Shown here piece after piece: positions 37,834-47,842 of a stretch of 64,000 bases of DNA. Position numbers and translations under genes: made by a program. Where the stretch lies: the sequence record MW650886.1; one strand, written 5' to 3'. The notes beneath the pieces are model-generated. The model made no database searches and was not told the DNA's origin. It was given only the letters and a program-made list of their open reading frames with translations. This stretch comes from Escherichia phage vB_EcoM-ZQ1. Numbering within the stretch: the stretch's first letter is position 1; each line of letters starts with the position of its first letter.

Positions 37834-38562
37834 TTACTTCAGCGCGTTCTTCAGATTATCGGAACCGATGCTGTTGATGACACCTCCGGCGCAGATATCT
37901 TTCGCCCACTCTGAGATCACGTTGGCAAAAGAGAAGTTAAGACACTTACCAACCATGTCTTGGATATGGGCTAACTCTGCTGCAATACCGTTCGTGATGT
38001 CTTGAGCAATAGAGGCTACTGATGCGACAGCAGTGTCGATGGCTTGAGTAACTTCAGCAGCCAGTGCCCGAATAGCATCAAGACCAGCACTGACACCCTG
38101 AGCTACCAACTCAGCCAGCTCATTCATCTTGTTTGTGATAGTTGTGAGAACACTTTGCATGGTGTTGATCCACTGTTTGCCGAGGTTCTGAATAACCCCA
38201 AATGCATTATTGATCAGATCACAGTTGTTCGGTTCTCGACCTATAGACTTCAGGGCGGACTTATAAGACACAGATGTACCGATGCGGGAATATGCCTCGT
38301 TCACTGACTGGTCGCCATAGTTGTTCAAAGTAGTGATGCTGTTGTTGGCTGAGTTGAACATTGCTGTAGATTCGTTGAGTTTGGCTGTAGTCAACCCACC
38401 TGCCGTCAGCGCTTCCTGAATCTGCGCATTTCCGGTGTTAGCCAGTGACGCTGTAGTCGCCTTACCACTGGTGATTAACCCCTGTGAGGCGCTGCTGAGG
38501 GACGGGAGAGGATTGGTAAATGCGTTGCCCTGCGATAGGGCGTCATAGATCTGTGCGTTCAT
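37834..38562 (-). CDS. hypothetical protein (242 aa)
   Basis: internal ATG 38562 just downstream of terminator and CTAAATA motif. Confidence 0.5.
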   Translation of the reverse strand: MNAQIYDALSQGNAFTNPLPSLSSASQGLITSGKATTASLANTGNAQIQEALTAGGLTTAKLNESTAMFNSANNSITTLNNYGDQSVNEAYSRIGTSVSYKSALKSIGREPNNCDLINNAFGVIQNLGKQWINTMQSVLTTITNKMNELAELVAQGVSAGLDAIRALAAEVTQAIDTAVASVASIAQDITNGIAAELAHIQDMVGKCLNFSFANVISEWAKDICAGGVINSIGSDNLKNALK

Positions 38563-38566
38563 AAGA

Positions 38567-38595
38567 AAATACCCCCATGGATGATGGGGGTATTT
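38567..38595 (-). terminator. stem-loop terminator overlapping late-promoter-like motif
   Basis: 11-bp perfect stem aaataccccca / tgggggtattt, 7-nt loop, U-rich tail; CTAAATA in 3' arm. Confidence 0.55.
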
Positions 38596-38600
38596 AGGGA

Positions 38601-38810
38601 TCATGGTAGTTTGTAAACGAAGTTGGACCAGAACTTACGAACAAACTTCTTGACATAAACCATTCGGTTGGCGTATTCCCCATCCTTCAGGTCATTGTAG
38701 GTCTCGATCCCTACCGCGCCCAAGAAGTACGCCGTGAAGATATAGCAGAACAGATTGATGACGACAAACATGATGTATCTCCGCTGTGTGTTGAGTTTAA
38801 TAAATACCAT
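38601..38810 (-). CDS. small membrane protein (69 aa)
   Basis: hydrophobic helix FVVINLFCYIFTAYFLGAVGI. Confidence 0.4.
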   Translation of the reverse strand: MVFIKLNTQRRYIMFVVINLFCYIFTAYFLGAVGIETYNDLKDGEYANRMVYVKKFVRKFWSNFVYKLP

Positions 38811-38851
38811 ACAATGTTTTCCGCGAACCAGAAGCCGAACGGGTAGTCACA

Positions 38852-39235
38852 CTACAGGTGTCCCTCCGGAGCTTTCTTGCAACGGTTGATCATGTCCAGG
38901 GTGCCAGTGGACGAACCATCCCACATCGCAATCGGATACACTTCCAGCTTGGTCTGTCTGACGAGATCCAATGCCTTGTCTAACATGTCCTGATTGCGTT
39001 TGTTGCCCATCCCTTTCCCATACTTTTCATAATAGCTCGGAGGGATCGGCATGGGGGTGATATGAACATAATTGATTTCAGCCCAGTCACGGCAAATCTT
39101 GTCTACACCAGAGGCTTCACCCTCAATCAGTGTATAGACTTCATGAGGATCGAGGAGTTCGTCCAGCTTGGCGAATACCTTATCCCGCTCGGTGATTGAG
39201 CGGGAACCCGTAATGAGAACGATATACTTCTTCAT
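38852..39235 (-). CDS. SLOG / DUF2493-like Rossmann-fold protein
   Basis: MKKYIVLITGSRS ... GEASGVD pattern. Confidence 0.45.
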   Translation of the reverse strand: MKKYIVLITGSRSITERDKVFAKLDELLDPHEVYTLIEGEASGVDKICRDWAEINYVHITPMPIPPSYYEKYGKGMGNKRNQDMLDKALDLVRQTKLEVYPIAMWDGSSTGTLDMINRCKKAPEGHL

Positions 39236-39240
39236 AGAAC

Positions 39241-39585
39241 TCACAGCGCCCCAAGATTGCCGATTACGTACAGGGAGCACAGAGGAGTGCCTGACGAACG
39301 CGGTTCGATCGTCATCCCGCTCAGGCGGATCAGTTCCAGTAAGCCGTCAGTGGTCTGATACGCGCGTGTCGAGCCGTTCGGTCGATATAGCTCCAGCTCA
39401 GTTCGCCCTTCCTTTATTGCATTTCGAATGCGAGTGAACACGCTGTGGTCGCCGAACTTCTGTTTCAGAATATCCAGTTTGGTGGTCAGGCAGCGCGTTT
39501 TGCGTGGCTTGCGCTCACTCGGCTTTTCGAATTTGACGATGTGGGGGATCTCCACGGATTTGTTCAGTTTGGTGTCTGCTGCCAT
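39241..39585 (-). CDS. hypothetical protein (114 aa)
   Basis: ORF. Confidence 0.45.
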   Translation of the reverse strand: MAADTKLNKSVEIPHIVKFEKPSERKPRKTRCLTTKLDILKQKFGDHSVFTRIRNAIKEGRTELELYRPNGSTRAYQTTDGLLELIRLSGMTIEPRSSGTPLCSLYVIGNLGAL

Positions 39586-39644
39586 GGTAAAGTCCTCTAT
39601 TTGTAGGGGATAGGGTATGCGGTTAACATACCCCGTTCAAAGGT

Positions 39645-39926
39645 TTAGAACAAATGCTCGCCTTCCACATGGTATGCTAACACGCCGTCAGAACATTCAA
39701 AATACATGTTATCATATTCCCACAGAGCGGTGATTTCTTCACCCTGGCAAACCACCGAAAACTTCGGCTGGCTGGCCTTAACTGGAAATTTTTCAGGGGA
39801 AGAGATTGGGGTGAATTTGGCATTTCTGACGGCCATACCAACAAATTGCTGCAATGTTACTTTGTAACGAGAGTGGGTGATAGTGCCAGCATTCAGGGCT
39901 TCGATCAATTGCGCTTTAGTTGTCAT
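39645..39926 (-). CDS. hypothetical early protein (93 aa)
   Basis: conserved leader ...GGAACTATATC-ATG and early promoter. Confidence 0.5.
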   Translation of the reverse strand: MTTKAQLIEALNAGTITHSRYKVTLQQFVGMAVRNAKFTPISSPEKFPVKASQPKFSVVCQGEEITALWEYDNMYFECSDGVLAYHVEGEHLF

Positions 39927-39976
39927 GATATAGTTCCTTCATTTCAGAGTCAGTGTTGTGCTGCTTATGGAATGAA

Positions 39977-40009
39977 GTATACGGGGTTTATTGAAGAAGT
40001 AAACCCCGT
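39977..40009 (-). promoter_or_regulatory. T4-type early promoter within a 10-bp-stem hairpin (PeSL-like)
   Basis: TTTACT - 16 bp - TATACT; -35 lies in hairpin acggggttta / taaaccccgt. Confidence 0.5.
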
Positions 40010-40028
40010 ATTCAACTTTTTATTGAAT

Positions 40029-40265
40029 TTATTTAAAACGGTCAGGAAGGGTGTCGTGAACCTCGGCGCTCAGCACCAGAAACTTACCATCCGTCGTTGG
40101 GAAGCAATAGTCTTTCTTGATGTGACGCAAGTGTTCAGCTACAGCTGCCACGCAGTCATCTGTCACGTCGGTCTTCTCACCAACCCACATGCTGGTTTTG
40201 GTGTTCAACCTGCCCTGGAATATAGTACCAGTGAGAGGACTTGCGCCGATCTTTTTGATAATCAT
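40029..40265 (-). CDS. hypothetical protein (78 aa)
   Basis: ORF. Confidence 0.4.
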   Translation of the reverse strand: MIIKKIGASPLTGTIFQGRLNTKTSMWVGEKTDVTDDCVAAVAEHLRHIKKDYCFPTTDGKFLVLSAEVHDTLPDRFK

Positions 40266-40273
40266 GTTTGACC

Positions 40274-40717
40274 TCAGTTGTTAACGCGGAATGCCGCCGG
40301 ATACCCACCTGGATGCCCTTCTCCGGTCACGAAGACCTCGTACCGGGCACCTTTAACCAAACCGGGCAAATTGCCTGAGTCGAGTAGATATCGGATTTTA
40401 TCCATAGTCTCCATCCAGGACTTAGCAGGTTCAGCTTCAGCCTCCCCACGGTTGATTTTGATCACACCCTCTGAATAATACTTCCCACTGTCCTTCATGT
40501 AGTACAGCTTGACGTCGATAAACTGTGGGGATGGAACTTCTGTCCAACCCTCATCGTTCAAATCCTGGCGATCATTGTCGAAACTCTGAAAATCAACATC
40601 ACCGCATGCCAGGCGATAATCTTTGAATTTACGGAAACCTTCCGCCTTGTCCCCAACGGAGCTACGGAAGAACTGTTTCTTGGCGGGACTAATGAAAATG
40701 AAATTCTTGTCACACAT
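40274..40717 (-). CDS. hypothetical protein (147 aa)
   Basis: conserved leader ...GGATCTATATC-ATG. Confidence 0.5.
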   Translation of the reverse strand: MCDKNFIFISPAKKQFFRSSVGDKAEGFRKFKDYRLACGDVDFQSFDNDRQDLNDEGWTEVPSPQFIDVKLYYMKDSGKYYSEGVIKINRGEAEAEPAKSWMETMDKIRYLLDSGNLPGLVKGARYEVFVTGEGHPGGYPAAFRVNN

Positions 40718-40734
40718 GATATAGATCCTTCCTT

Positions 40735-40959
40735 TCAAAGAATGTTGTGTTCGTCGATATCGGACTGCGTTGCAATCTCCCAGCGGACGATGTTCTCGGT
40801 TGTGATGAAATCACGGTTCAGGTGAGAGGCTGGAACATACACCATCGTGTCGACCATGAAGTAACACTGCTCATTGTTACAAGAATCAACGTAAACCTCG
40901 ATGAGGCACACCTCGGCAACACCGGCTTTCGGCTTCTTCACGATCTTTTTCAAGTACAT
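40735..40959 (-). CDS. hypothetical protein (74 aa)
   Basis: internal ATG with GAGGG RBS. Confidence 0.4.
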   Translation of the reverse strand: MYLKKIVKKPKAGVAEVCLIEVYVDSCNNEQCYFMVDTMVYVPASHLNRDFITTENIVRWEIATQSDIDEHNIL

Positions 40960-41022
40960 GGTACAACCCTCGGATAGTAGACGGGGCAATAATACCTCTC
41001 GCCCCGTTATTGAAATGTTCTT

Positions 41023-42495
41023 TTAGTTCAAGACATATTTGATCAGTCCACAATTCCAAATCCTGACCAACCCGGCTTCGGTTGCTAACTGGCTTTCTGT
41101 TTTGCCTTCTACGTCATACCCCATGCGAGCAAATGAACCTTTTCTGAAACCGAATTTGTGCTCACGCATAAATGTGCCAGGCTTGTGATATTTGTAGTCT
41201 GGCTTCTGTACTTCCTCTTCTACGAATCCGTGGGATAGGTAAATGTTGGACAACCTGCTTACAACACACCTATCCCCAAAGGAATAGATTTTGGTGTCGG
41301 CAAATTTTCTTCTGAAGTGTGAAAGAAGTTTACTGAATGCCCCGTGGCAATCATTAGAGGCAAATCTGACTAATTCCAGGCCATCTTTCCTTTTAGTGAA
41401 TAGCATCACGGCTTGTATGACCTCACTCTTGTCAATTAACGACAAATGGTGGGTAGAAGAAACGGAACCTTGTATGTGGTGGTTGTCTAAAAACTCCCTC
41501 AAGCCGCTTATATTCCCCCAAACGACTTTGTGTTGGCGAGCATATGACGCAGGCGTTTTAATGCCAAGTTTAGCTTTCAGAAGAGATTTTACCACTTCCT
41601 GTTTCTCAACCCATTCATCTTCCCAGATGTGGACCAACTGGATACCCTGAGATTCACATATTTCAGTCTTTTCCAGGTGATAATGTTTCTCTTTAAAAAC
41701 TTCTGAATGCCAGTACAGGCCATTAAATTCAATCGCCAATTTGTGTTCAGGGCAATAGATATCCAGTTGTTTACCGGATAATATACTGTAATCAGAAACA
41801 GTGTTTACAACTCCCATTGAGGTGAGAAACTCGGATATTTCCTTTTCATAAGAAGATTTCTTGTTCCTGATAGAACCATTGCTGAACAACGCACGTTTTA
41901 GTATGTTCGAGTTTTTCATAGGGTTGTCAACACCATAACGTTCTTGTAACGTTGCCAACGCCTTCTCCCTCACACCAGGTAATTGTAGTGTGGAGCAGCT
42001 TCCGTATTTGGATATATTCGAAGTCTCTATGGCTTTCCGACCAATACCACCTTTACACATAGAAACCTGATAACATTCTTCAGAACAATATGTTCTGTAA
42101 TCTTTATTATTGATGTAAAAGTTGGTTTCCTTGGAACACACCGGGCATATTTTCACGGTTCTATTGTACATCCAAGCTGTGACTTTACAAGCCAAATCTT
42201 GTAGGGTGTTGTGGGCATTGGCGAACACTAAAAGGTCTACATTGATGTGCTTCATAAGCAGTTCAGATTTGCATTTTTGGATATCCAATTTGTTGTTCTT
42301 GGTAAACATATATTTGTAGAAAAATTGGCGATATGATTCCTCGTCAGACAATTCATTCACTGCTTCAAGGAAACCTTCCGGGAGGTTCTTTAGGGTGTTC
42401 GATGCGAAGGTCTTGCAAGCATCTGAACAAAATTTCTTATCTTTCCTGGATGCTTTGAACTGTTCATGGCAGACACTACAGATTACCTGATACAT
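41023..42495 (-). CDS. free-standing homing-endonuclease-like protein (Zn ribbons, YGV..PMK repeats, Vsr/DUF559-like nuclease domain)
   Basis: Cys clusters, repeated KYGVDNPMK-type modules, AIEFNGLYWH ... HIWEDEW C-terminal domain; paralog of 48475..50274. Confidence 0.6.
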   Translation of the reverse strand: MYQVICSVCHEQFKASRKDKKFCSDACKTFASNTLKNLPEGFLEAVNELSDEESYRQFFYKYMFTKNNKLDIQKCKSELLMKHINVDLLVFANAHNTLQDLACKVTAWMYNRTVKICPVCSKETNFYINNKDYRTYCSEECYQVSMCKGGIGRKAIETSNISKYGSCSTLQLPGVREKALATLQERYGVDNPMKNSNILKRALFSNGSIRNKKSSYEKEISEFLTSMGVVNTVSDYSILSGKQLDIYCPEHKLAIEFNGLYWHSEVFKEKHYHLEKTEICESQGIQLVHIWEDEWVEKQEVVKSLLKAKLGIKTPASYARQHKVVWGNISGLREFLDNHHIQGSVSSTHHLSLIDKSEVIQAVMLFTKRKDGLELVRFASNDCHGAFSKLLSHFRRKFADTKIYSFGDRCVVSRLSNIYLSHGFVEEEVQKPDYKYHKPGTFMREHKFGFRKGSFARMGYDVEGKTESQLATEAGLVRIWNCGLIKYVLN

Positions 42496-42556
42496 AATTA
42501 TTCTCCTCCATATGGTATCTAGTATAACCTGTTCGATAATATGAACAAATAAAAAC

Positions 42557-42572
42557 CCCGCCGAAGCGGGGT
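42557..42572 (-). terminator. stem-loop terminator (identical to 50768..50783)
   Basis: ccccgccgaagcgggg hairpin flanked by A/T tracts. Confidence 0.55.
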
Positions 42573-42600
42573 TTGTTTAGGGTTAAGGACAACTGTTCTA

Positions 42601-43932
42601 TTAGAACAGGCCTTTGATCAGCCCTTTACGGAAATATACGTTGGTGTCCTTGGCGATACCATCCGCAGTCACATAGACCTGTGGATCCTGGTTCGCTGGG
42701 ATCTGAACGAATGGGTTAGCACAAATCCCGTAGCGGGTCTTGAATGCCATACGTGGTGCGAAGGTGGTTTCACCCTGGGTGCGGTACATTTCCAGCGGTA
42801 CATACGGTGCGAAGAAGATACCAGCGTCCAGTGCGGTTGCGCCTTTGTATGCTAGGGTGATGTATTCTGCTACTGCATACGGGTCGATGTAGACACGCAT
42901 ACCGTTAGACAGCACACCAGCGAAGGTCTGACCAGTCGGATCAATCGCCAGCTTGGTGTTTTCCTGCAGCGCCGGAGCATAATCCAGCATGCCGGACATC
43001 GCCAGAGCGGATGCTACGTTCGGGGAGCACAGAACACGGTTGCCTTTACCACGACGGGTGTCAACACCGATGCCGTTCGCTTCAACTTCCAGCATGAAAG
43101 TCATGTACTTCCATTTTTCCAGCGCCCAACGACCGGAGATGTCAGTGGAGATGTCTACGATACCGTTGGTGCCGAATTTTTTGAAGCGTACTGCGCTGAA
43201 GTTCATGGTGCGGATAAACTCACGGTTCATCTCTGCCTGAATTTCAGTTACCATCACGTCGGACAGGATGCTGTCAACGTCTTCGCCGTGGATCGCCATC
43301 ATGTCCTGGCGCAGTTCGTGGCTGTAGTCAGCGTACAGGCCGCGAGACTTCGCAGTCACGGTTGCTTTCTGAACGGTGATACCAACACGTGCCCATGGGT
43401 TGGTGGTGGTGCCCAGCAGTTCAGCGTCGGAGGTTGACATGCCTTTACCGATGGTGGTGGTAGCAGCGCCGGAACCTTCGATTTCAGTCTGGGAGAAGCC
43501 AGATGGGTCGCCAGCCTGTGCAGTATCGTCACCGGAGTAACCGGAGTTGGCTTCGTTCATGAACAGCTCAGCGCGGGACTGGGCAGTGTTGGAGCCGTCT
43601 GCAACGCCCTGGCGAGCACGCAGTGCGAAGATCTGACCGTCAGGACCAGACAGCGGCTGAACGCCGAAGAAGTCCATCGCGATGTTGACCGGAGCCAGAC
43701 GTTTGGCCATGTCGATCAGGACTGGCTGCCATTTGCCCACAGAGGCGTTCACGGAGCCAGGAGCGTCGGATTCGCCCAGGTTTTTGGCGTTCCACTCAGC
43801 CTGGTTTTGCAGCAGACGGACGGCAACGTTTTCGGCAGAAAGCGGCTGGATGCTTTCAGATTCTTTCTGAAGAACTGGCAGCCACTGCTCGCGCATTTGT
43901 TCAGTAACAAGTTTCTTAGCCATGATGGTCAT
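42601..43932 (-). CDS. 23: major capsid protein, gp23-like
   Basis: 443-aa ORF at the end of portal-protease-scaffold-capsid T4-order module. Confidence 0.7.
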   Translation of the reverse strand: MTIMAKKLVTEQMREQWLPVLQKESESIQPLSAENVAVRLLQNQAEWNAKNLGESDAPGSVNASVGKWQPVLIDMAKRLAPVNIAMDFFGVQPLSGPDGQIFALRARQGVADGSNTAQSRAELFMNEANSGYSGDDTAQAGDPSGFSQTEIEGSGAATTTIGKGMSTSDAELLGTTTNPWARVGITVQKATVTAKSRGLYADYSHELRQDMMAIHGEDVDSILSDVMVTEIQAEMNREFIRTMNFSAVRFKKFGTNGIVDISTDISGRWALEKWKYMTFMLEVEANGIGVDTRRGKGNRVLCSPNVASALAMSGMLDYAPALQENTKLAIDPTGQTFAGVLSNGMRVYIDPYAVAEYITLAYKGATALDAGIFFAPYVPLEMYRTQGETTFAPRMAFKTRYGICANPFVQIPANQDPQVYVTADGIAKDTNVYFRKGLIKGLF

Positions 43933-44014
43933 TCCTTACATTGATATTCAGTTAAGTTGAAATTAATTAGTAGTTCAAAATCAAGCCCCCTTTCGAGGGC
44001 TGTGGCTGCTAAAA

Positions 44015-44866
44015 TTAGCCGTTGATGCCGAAGCGACGATTATAGTCGGCCAACTGACGCTTGATAGATTCTTTCAGCTCTTTGTCTGTTTCATCTTCAT
44101 CGTCATCTTCATCGCCTTCTTTCTTAGGCTTTTTGCCTTCGGCTTTAACATCTTTGTTGTCGTCATCGCCGTCTTTACCGCCGACTTTGTCCTGGAAGTC
44201 ATCGTCATCGTCATCGCCTTCTTTCTTCACGGACTTACCTTCTACCAGGTTGCGGAAGGTGTGTACGCGGGAAGCGAATTCGCTTTCGGTGGTGAACTGC
44301 ACAGCTTCCAGCAGATTGACAACCGTTGCTTTCTTGGTGTCGACCATACCTTCACAGACACGGGCGATCACAGAGTCACGCAGAGTCGCATTCGCGGCTT
44401 CTTTGATTTGACGGTTTTCGCTTTCGGCAATCGCAGCACGTCGTTCTGCTTCGGTCAGGCGGGCAGTCAGCGCAGCGATCTGGCCGTTTTCGTCGGTGGC
44501 AAAGTTGATACCAGCTTCTTTCAGAACACCAGTCAGGCCAGTCAGCAGATTTTCAGCCGCTTCACGTTTGATCTGAGCATCGATTGCAGGAGCGTTCTTG
44601 TTAGCCCACTCTTCTACAACAGCATTCAGGAAGCCATCGACTTTGGTCGCGATTTCCATCAAGTGAGACTCTTTCAGCTGAGCAATCTCAGCCTGATGAG
44701 CTTCAACCAGACGCAGGCGCTCAATGTTGGCAGCGTTTTCGGTTTCTTGAATAGCGGTCAGGCGAGCGGCTTCTACTTTAGATTCCAGCAGACCAGACAC
44801 TTTATCCAGGAAGTCGGTGCTGAGGCCGTTAACGCCCTCAAACAGTTTTTGCAATTCAGGTTTCAT
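44015..44866 (-). CDS. 22: prohead scaffold protein, gp22-like
   Basis: helical, highly acidic C-terminus; position between protease and capsid genes. Confidence 0.6.
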   Translation of the reverse strand: MKPELQKLFEGVNGLSTDFLDKVSGLLESKVEAARLTAIQETENAANIERLRLVEAHQAEIAQLKESHLMEIATKVDGFLNAVVEEWANKNAPAIDAQIKREAAENLLTGLTGVLKEAGINFATDENGQIAALTARLTEAERRAAIAESENRQIKEAANATLRDSVIARVCEGMVDTKKATVVNLLEAVQFTTESEFASRVHTFRNLVEGKSVKKEGDDDDDDFQDKVGGKDGDDDNKDVKAEGKKPKKEGDEDDDEDETDKELKESIKRQLADYNRRFGING

Positions 44867-44893
44867 GATTGTTTCCTTCTGAACGATTTTCAG

Positions 44894-44900
44894 TATTTAG
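44894..44900 (-). promoter_or_regulatory. late-promoter-like motif CTAAATA
   Basis: CACTAAATACTG ~26 bp upstream of scaffold ATG. Confidence 0.4.
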
Positions 44901-44911
44901 TGAGGCTGAAT

Positions 44912-45580
44912 TCAGCCCAGATGTTTCAATGCGATATCGAGGCGGCGCAGGAAGTCGTCTTCTAACTGAATATTGGTTTTCACCAATGAATCGACCACAT
45001 GCCCCTTAATGTCCTTAGGAACCCAAATTCCTGAAGATTCATCAAGCTGCCATTCCACAGATTCGCTCACAGCCTTTACATAACAAACTTGTCCAGAAGG
45101 ACGGTCGACTGCATCAACAGCAGTGAGCATAAAGCCGGGTTGAACGTCATCATAGCCGTTCACTGACTTGGTCTCACCAAGGCCACGTGTAGACACGGCC
45201 AGGTTGAAGTCTGCTTCAGCCAGAGCACGAATGATCTGACCTTTCGGTGTATTCAGGATCCGCGCTCGACCGATAGCGTTGGTGCCTTCCCAGCGCAAAG
45301 ATTCGGTTTTGAGTGCAGCGTGTTCGATATCGGGGAAAGGATAATCCGGATGCTTGAGTTCACCGATTGCACGACGATCCTGGATATACTCTTTGTCGTA
45401 TGCTTCGACAGCAGGGATACCCACCTTTTGGAGATCGTAGTTGCGACCATTACGGTTCACCTGGTTACACATCACGAATGGACCTTCGATGTACATGGCT
45501 TTGCCGCCAGTAGCCGTGGCCGCTTCACCAATCTGAAGGTCTTTCCCTATCGCAGTGATCTCACGCAACAGTTTCATCAT
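44912..45580 (-). CDS. 21: prohead protease, gp21-like
   Basis: VNRNGRNY matches T4 gp21 KNRNGRVY; size 222 aa. Confidence 0.75.
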   Translation of the reverse strand: MMKLLREITAIGKDLQIGEAATATGGKAMYIEGPFVMCNQVNRNGRNYDLQKVGIPAVEAYDKEYIQDRRAIGELKHPDYPFPDIEHAALKTESLRWEGTNAIGRARILNTPKGQIIRALAEADFNLAVSTRGLGETKSVNGYDDVQPGFMLTAVDAVDRPSGQVCYVKAVSESVEWQLDESSGIWVPKDIKGHVVDSLVKTNIQLEDDFLRRLDIALKHLG

Positions 45581-45587
45581 TCGCTCC

Positions 45588-45893
45588 TTAACTCAGTCCC
45601 ATCATACGACGGAACTTCATTGCTTTTTTCTTACGACGCTCGATTTTGCGTTGGTATCCCATACCCATGCGTTTCTTGGCTCGGATCGCCTTGCGGTTGC
45701 CCAGCTTGCGGGTACGGCGCTCACTGGCAACCATCACCTCACAACGGGAACCATCCGCAGACAGTTTGAAACCAGGAGCACACTGCAGACGGCGACGGCG
45801 TTTGCCTTTTGCGTTCACCTTGTCAATGACTTTCTGCTCATCCATGCGGGAAGCCAGGAAATCAGCGAACGTTGCAACTTCTTCGATTTCCAT
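45588..45893 (-). CDS. basic prohead-core-like small protein
   Basis: Arg/Lys-rich 101-aa protein between portal and protease genes. Confidence 0.45.
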   Translation of the reverse strand: MEIEEVATFADFLASRMDEQKVIDKVNAKGKRRRRLQCAPGFKLSADGSRCEVMVASERRTRKLGNRKAIRAKKRMGMGYQRKIERRKKKAMKFRRMMGLS

Positions 45894-45905
45894 GATACAT
45901 TCCTC

Positions 45906-46082
45906 TTACTGGTCGTCGCCGAAAGGTCCCATGTCTTGGCTCAGGGAGTTCAAGACATATTCAGTACCCTGCTGGACCAGTTCTTGGGCGCGAGCGGACA
46001 ACTCCATTTCGCATTCAGCAGCAGCGGCATCAGTATCACCAGCGATGATTGCTTTTACCAGATCGATAGCAGCCATGTTCAT
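45906..46082 (-). CDS. small acidic prohead-core-like protein (58 aa)
   Basis: internal ATG with GAGGAT RBS; position as T4 gene 67. Confidence 0.35.
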   Translation of the reverse strand: MNMAAIDLVKAIIAGDTDAAAAECEMELSARAQELVQQGTEYVLNSLSQDMGPFGDDQ

Positions 46083-46113
46083 ATCCTCTAAATGTTTTCT
46101 ATACTTAGTCGAA

Positions 46114-47808
46114 CTATTCTTCACCACCAGGAGGGTTAGTCGCTGGGATGACGTTAGGTCTGAATTTCAGTGGACTGACTTCCCCGCTGCCGAAGCCGCC
46201 GGACTCATCTGCCTGCACTTCAGGGTATTTGCCTTCTTTCTTCTCTTTCGCGATCTTCTCTTGCTGGTCTTTGATGTCTTCATCGGACATACGCAGCAAA
46301 TTGCGTTGAGCAAAATCGATAGAGAAGAGAGTGCCGATATATGGTTCGATCTGACCGAGAGCCGCCATACGCTGTGACAAGATTTCGTTCTCTTGTTGTT
46401 CACGGATGAAGCTGTCAGAAGTGAATTCGAACTTGACGAACGGCTTGATCTTCTCATTCCAGTCAGCCTGATCTGTAATGCCTTTCAATATCAGTTGACG
46501 GCGCAGAAGTTCCAGGAATATACCAGAAGAATAACGACGGCGCAGGCTCGCACAGAACTTGTTGAAGCGCAGTTCTTCCTGTGTGATTTCAGCAAGATTG
46601 GAACCACCGATGTTGATGGAACCTTCCTCTTGCAGGCGGCTCTTAGGGATCATCAGAGCCTCGTAGAGCTTCTCGCGGAAGTATACCACATGATCCATTT
46701 GACCCAGTTGATCGCCACCGCCTACGTTGGAGATCTCGGTTGCGTTCTGCCCTTCGCGACGTGGTAACCAGTAGTCCTCAGCGATACCCATCAAATGAGT
46801 GTTACCAGCCACCTTACCAGTGGTGCGATCATACGCCAGACGGTTCTTGAATTTGCCCATCATGGCTTGCATGTATTCTTCGGCCGACTTCTTACCCAGC
46901 GTACCCACGTCGAGATAGAACGCTCGCTTCTCAGGAGCACGTGTGATCGCATAGATCACTGTTGCATCTTCAGTTGTAACAAGGTTGTTCAGGGGACGGA
47001 TAGCTGGGTTCAGCAGGCTTGGTACAACCCCATTCGCCAGAGGCTCTTCACCACTGTCCAGATACACTATGCTCTCATCATCAAACACCAGCTCTTGCTG
47101 TGACGGTTGGAAGTTCTGAGACGTACCGGACTGGCCAGTGAATTGGTTGCGGTTGTAGTTCGGGTTGTAGTAGTATTGAAGTTTTACGTCATTGATGACT
47201 TCGATACCGTCGCGCATCGCCTTTTGAACGATGTATACAGGACGGATACAGCGTGAGTCCATCATGATGAGTTTGGCGATACCCGCTTTCTTGTTCTTCG
47301 GGTCCACTACAACGTGGAATGCCTGACGGCCTTCAATATACCATTTGCGGATCTTCTGATACGCTGTGTTGTCAAAGTCAAGGAGATGCATGATCTCTTT
47401 GAATGCGTCAGTGATCTTCTCTTTGACTTCGTCTGTGATGCCATCTACCTTTTCCAGGTTGATGGTTACAGGAGTCTCTTCCTCTTCACAAGTGACGACG
47501 TCGTTGACAATGATATCCACAGCCTTACGAATCTCAGGCTGCTGAGCCATAGACTGGTACTCTTCGACCAGCTGTTTGACGTTGAGCAACTCATTCTCAA
47601 CACCAACGAAATTGAATGTGTTCGCGCCGCCCTGGAGGATGATGGAACCATCCTGAGAATCGTCCAGCGCAACAACAGTCGCTTTTGAAAGCAACTTCTC
47701 TTCTTGGTTCGTGACCATCTTGTCGGTATCAATCGGCGCTTCTACTTTGCCGCCTCTACCGAACAGGCCGAAGAACCCATTTCCGAATGCACCATTACCG
47801 AATGCCAT
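46114..47808 (-). CDS. 20: portal protein, gp20-like
   Basis: 564-aa ORF in T4-order position. Confidence 0.65.
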   Translation of the reverse strand: MAFGNGAFGNGFFGLFGRGGKVEAPIDTDKMVTNQEEKLLSKATVVALDDSQDGSIILQGGANTFNFVGVENELLNVKQLVEEYQSMAQQPEIRKAVDIIVNDVVTCEEEETPVTINLEKVDGITDEVKEKITDAFKEIMHLLDFDNTAYQKIRKWYIEGRQAFHVVVDPKNKKAGIAKLIMMDSRCIRPVYIVQKAMRDGIEVINDVKLQYYYNPNYNRNQFTGQSGTSQNFQPSQQELVFDDESIVYLDSGEEPLANGVVPSLLNPAIRPLNNLVTTEDATVIYAITRAPEKRAFYLDVGTLGKKSAEEYMQAMMGKFKNRLAYDRTTGKVAGNTHLMGIAEDYWLPRREGQNATEISNVGGGDQLGQMDHVVYFREKLYEALMIPKSRLQEEGSINIGGSNLAEITQEELRFNKFCASLRRRYSSGIFLELLRRQLILKGITDQADWNEKIKPFVKFEFTSDSFIREQQENEILSQRMAALGQIEPYIGTLFSIDFAQRNLLRMSDEDIKDQQEKIAKEKKEGKYPEVQADESGGFGSGEVSPLKFRPNVIPATNPPGGEE

Positions 47809-47842
47809 GATTAAGTCCTCAACATTTTCTTGTAATTAGTGA

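Noticed and set aside
45646-46377. 243-aa plus-strand ORF across protease, core and portal genes
   Set aside because: Arg/Ser-rich antisense translation of well-supported minus-strand structural genes.
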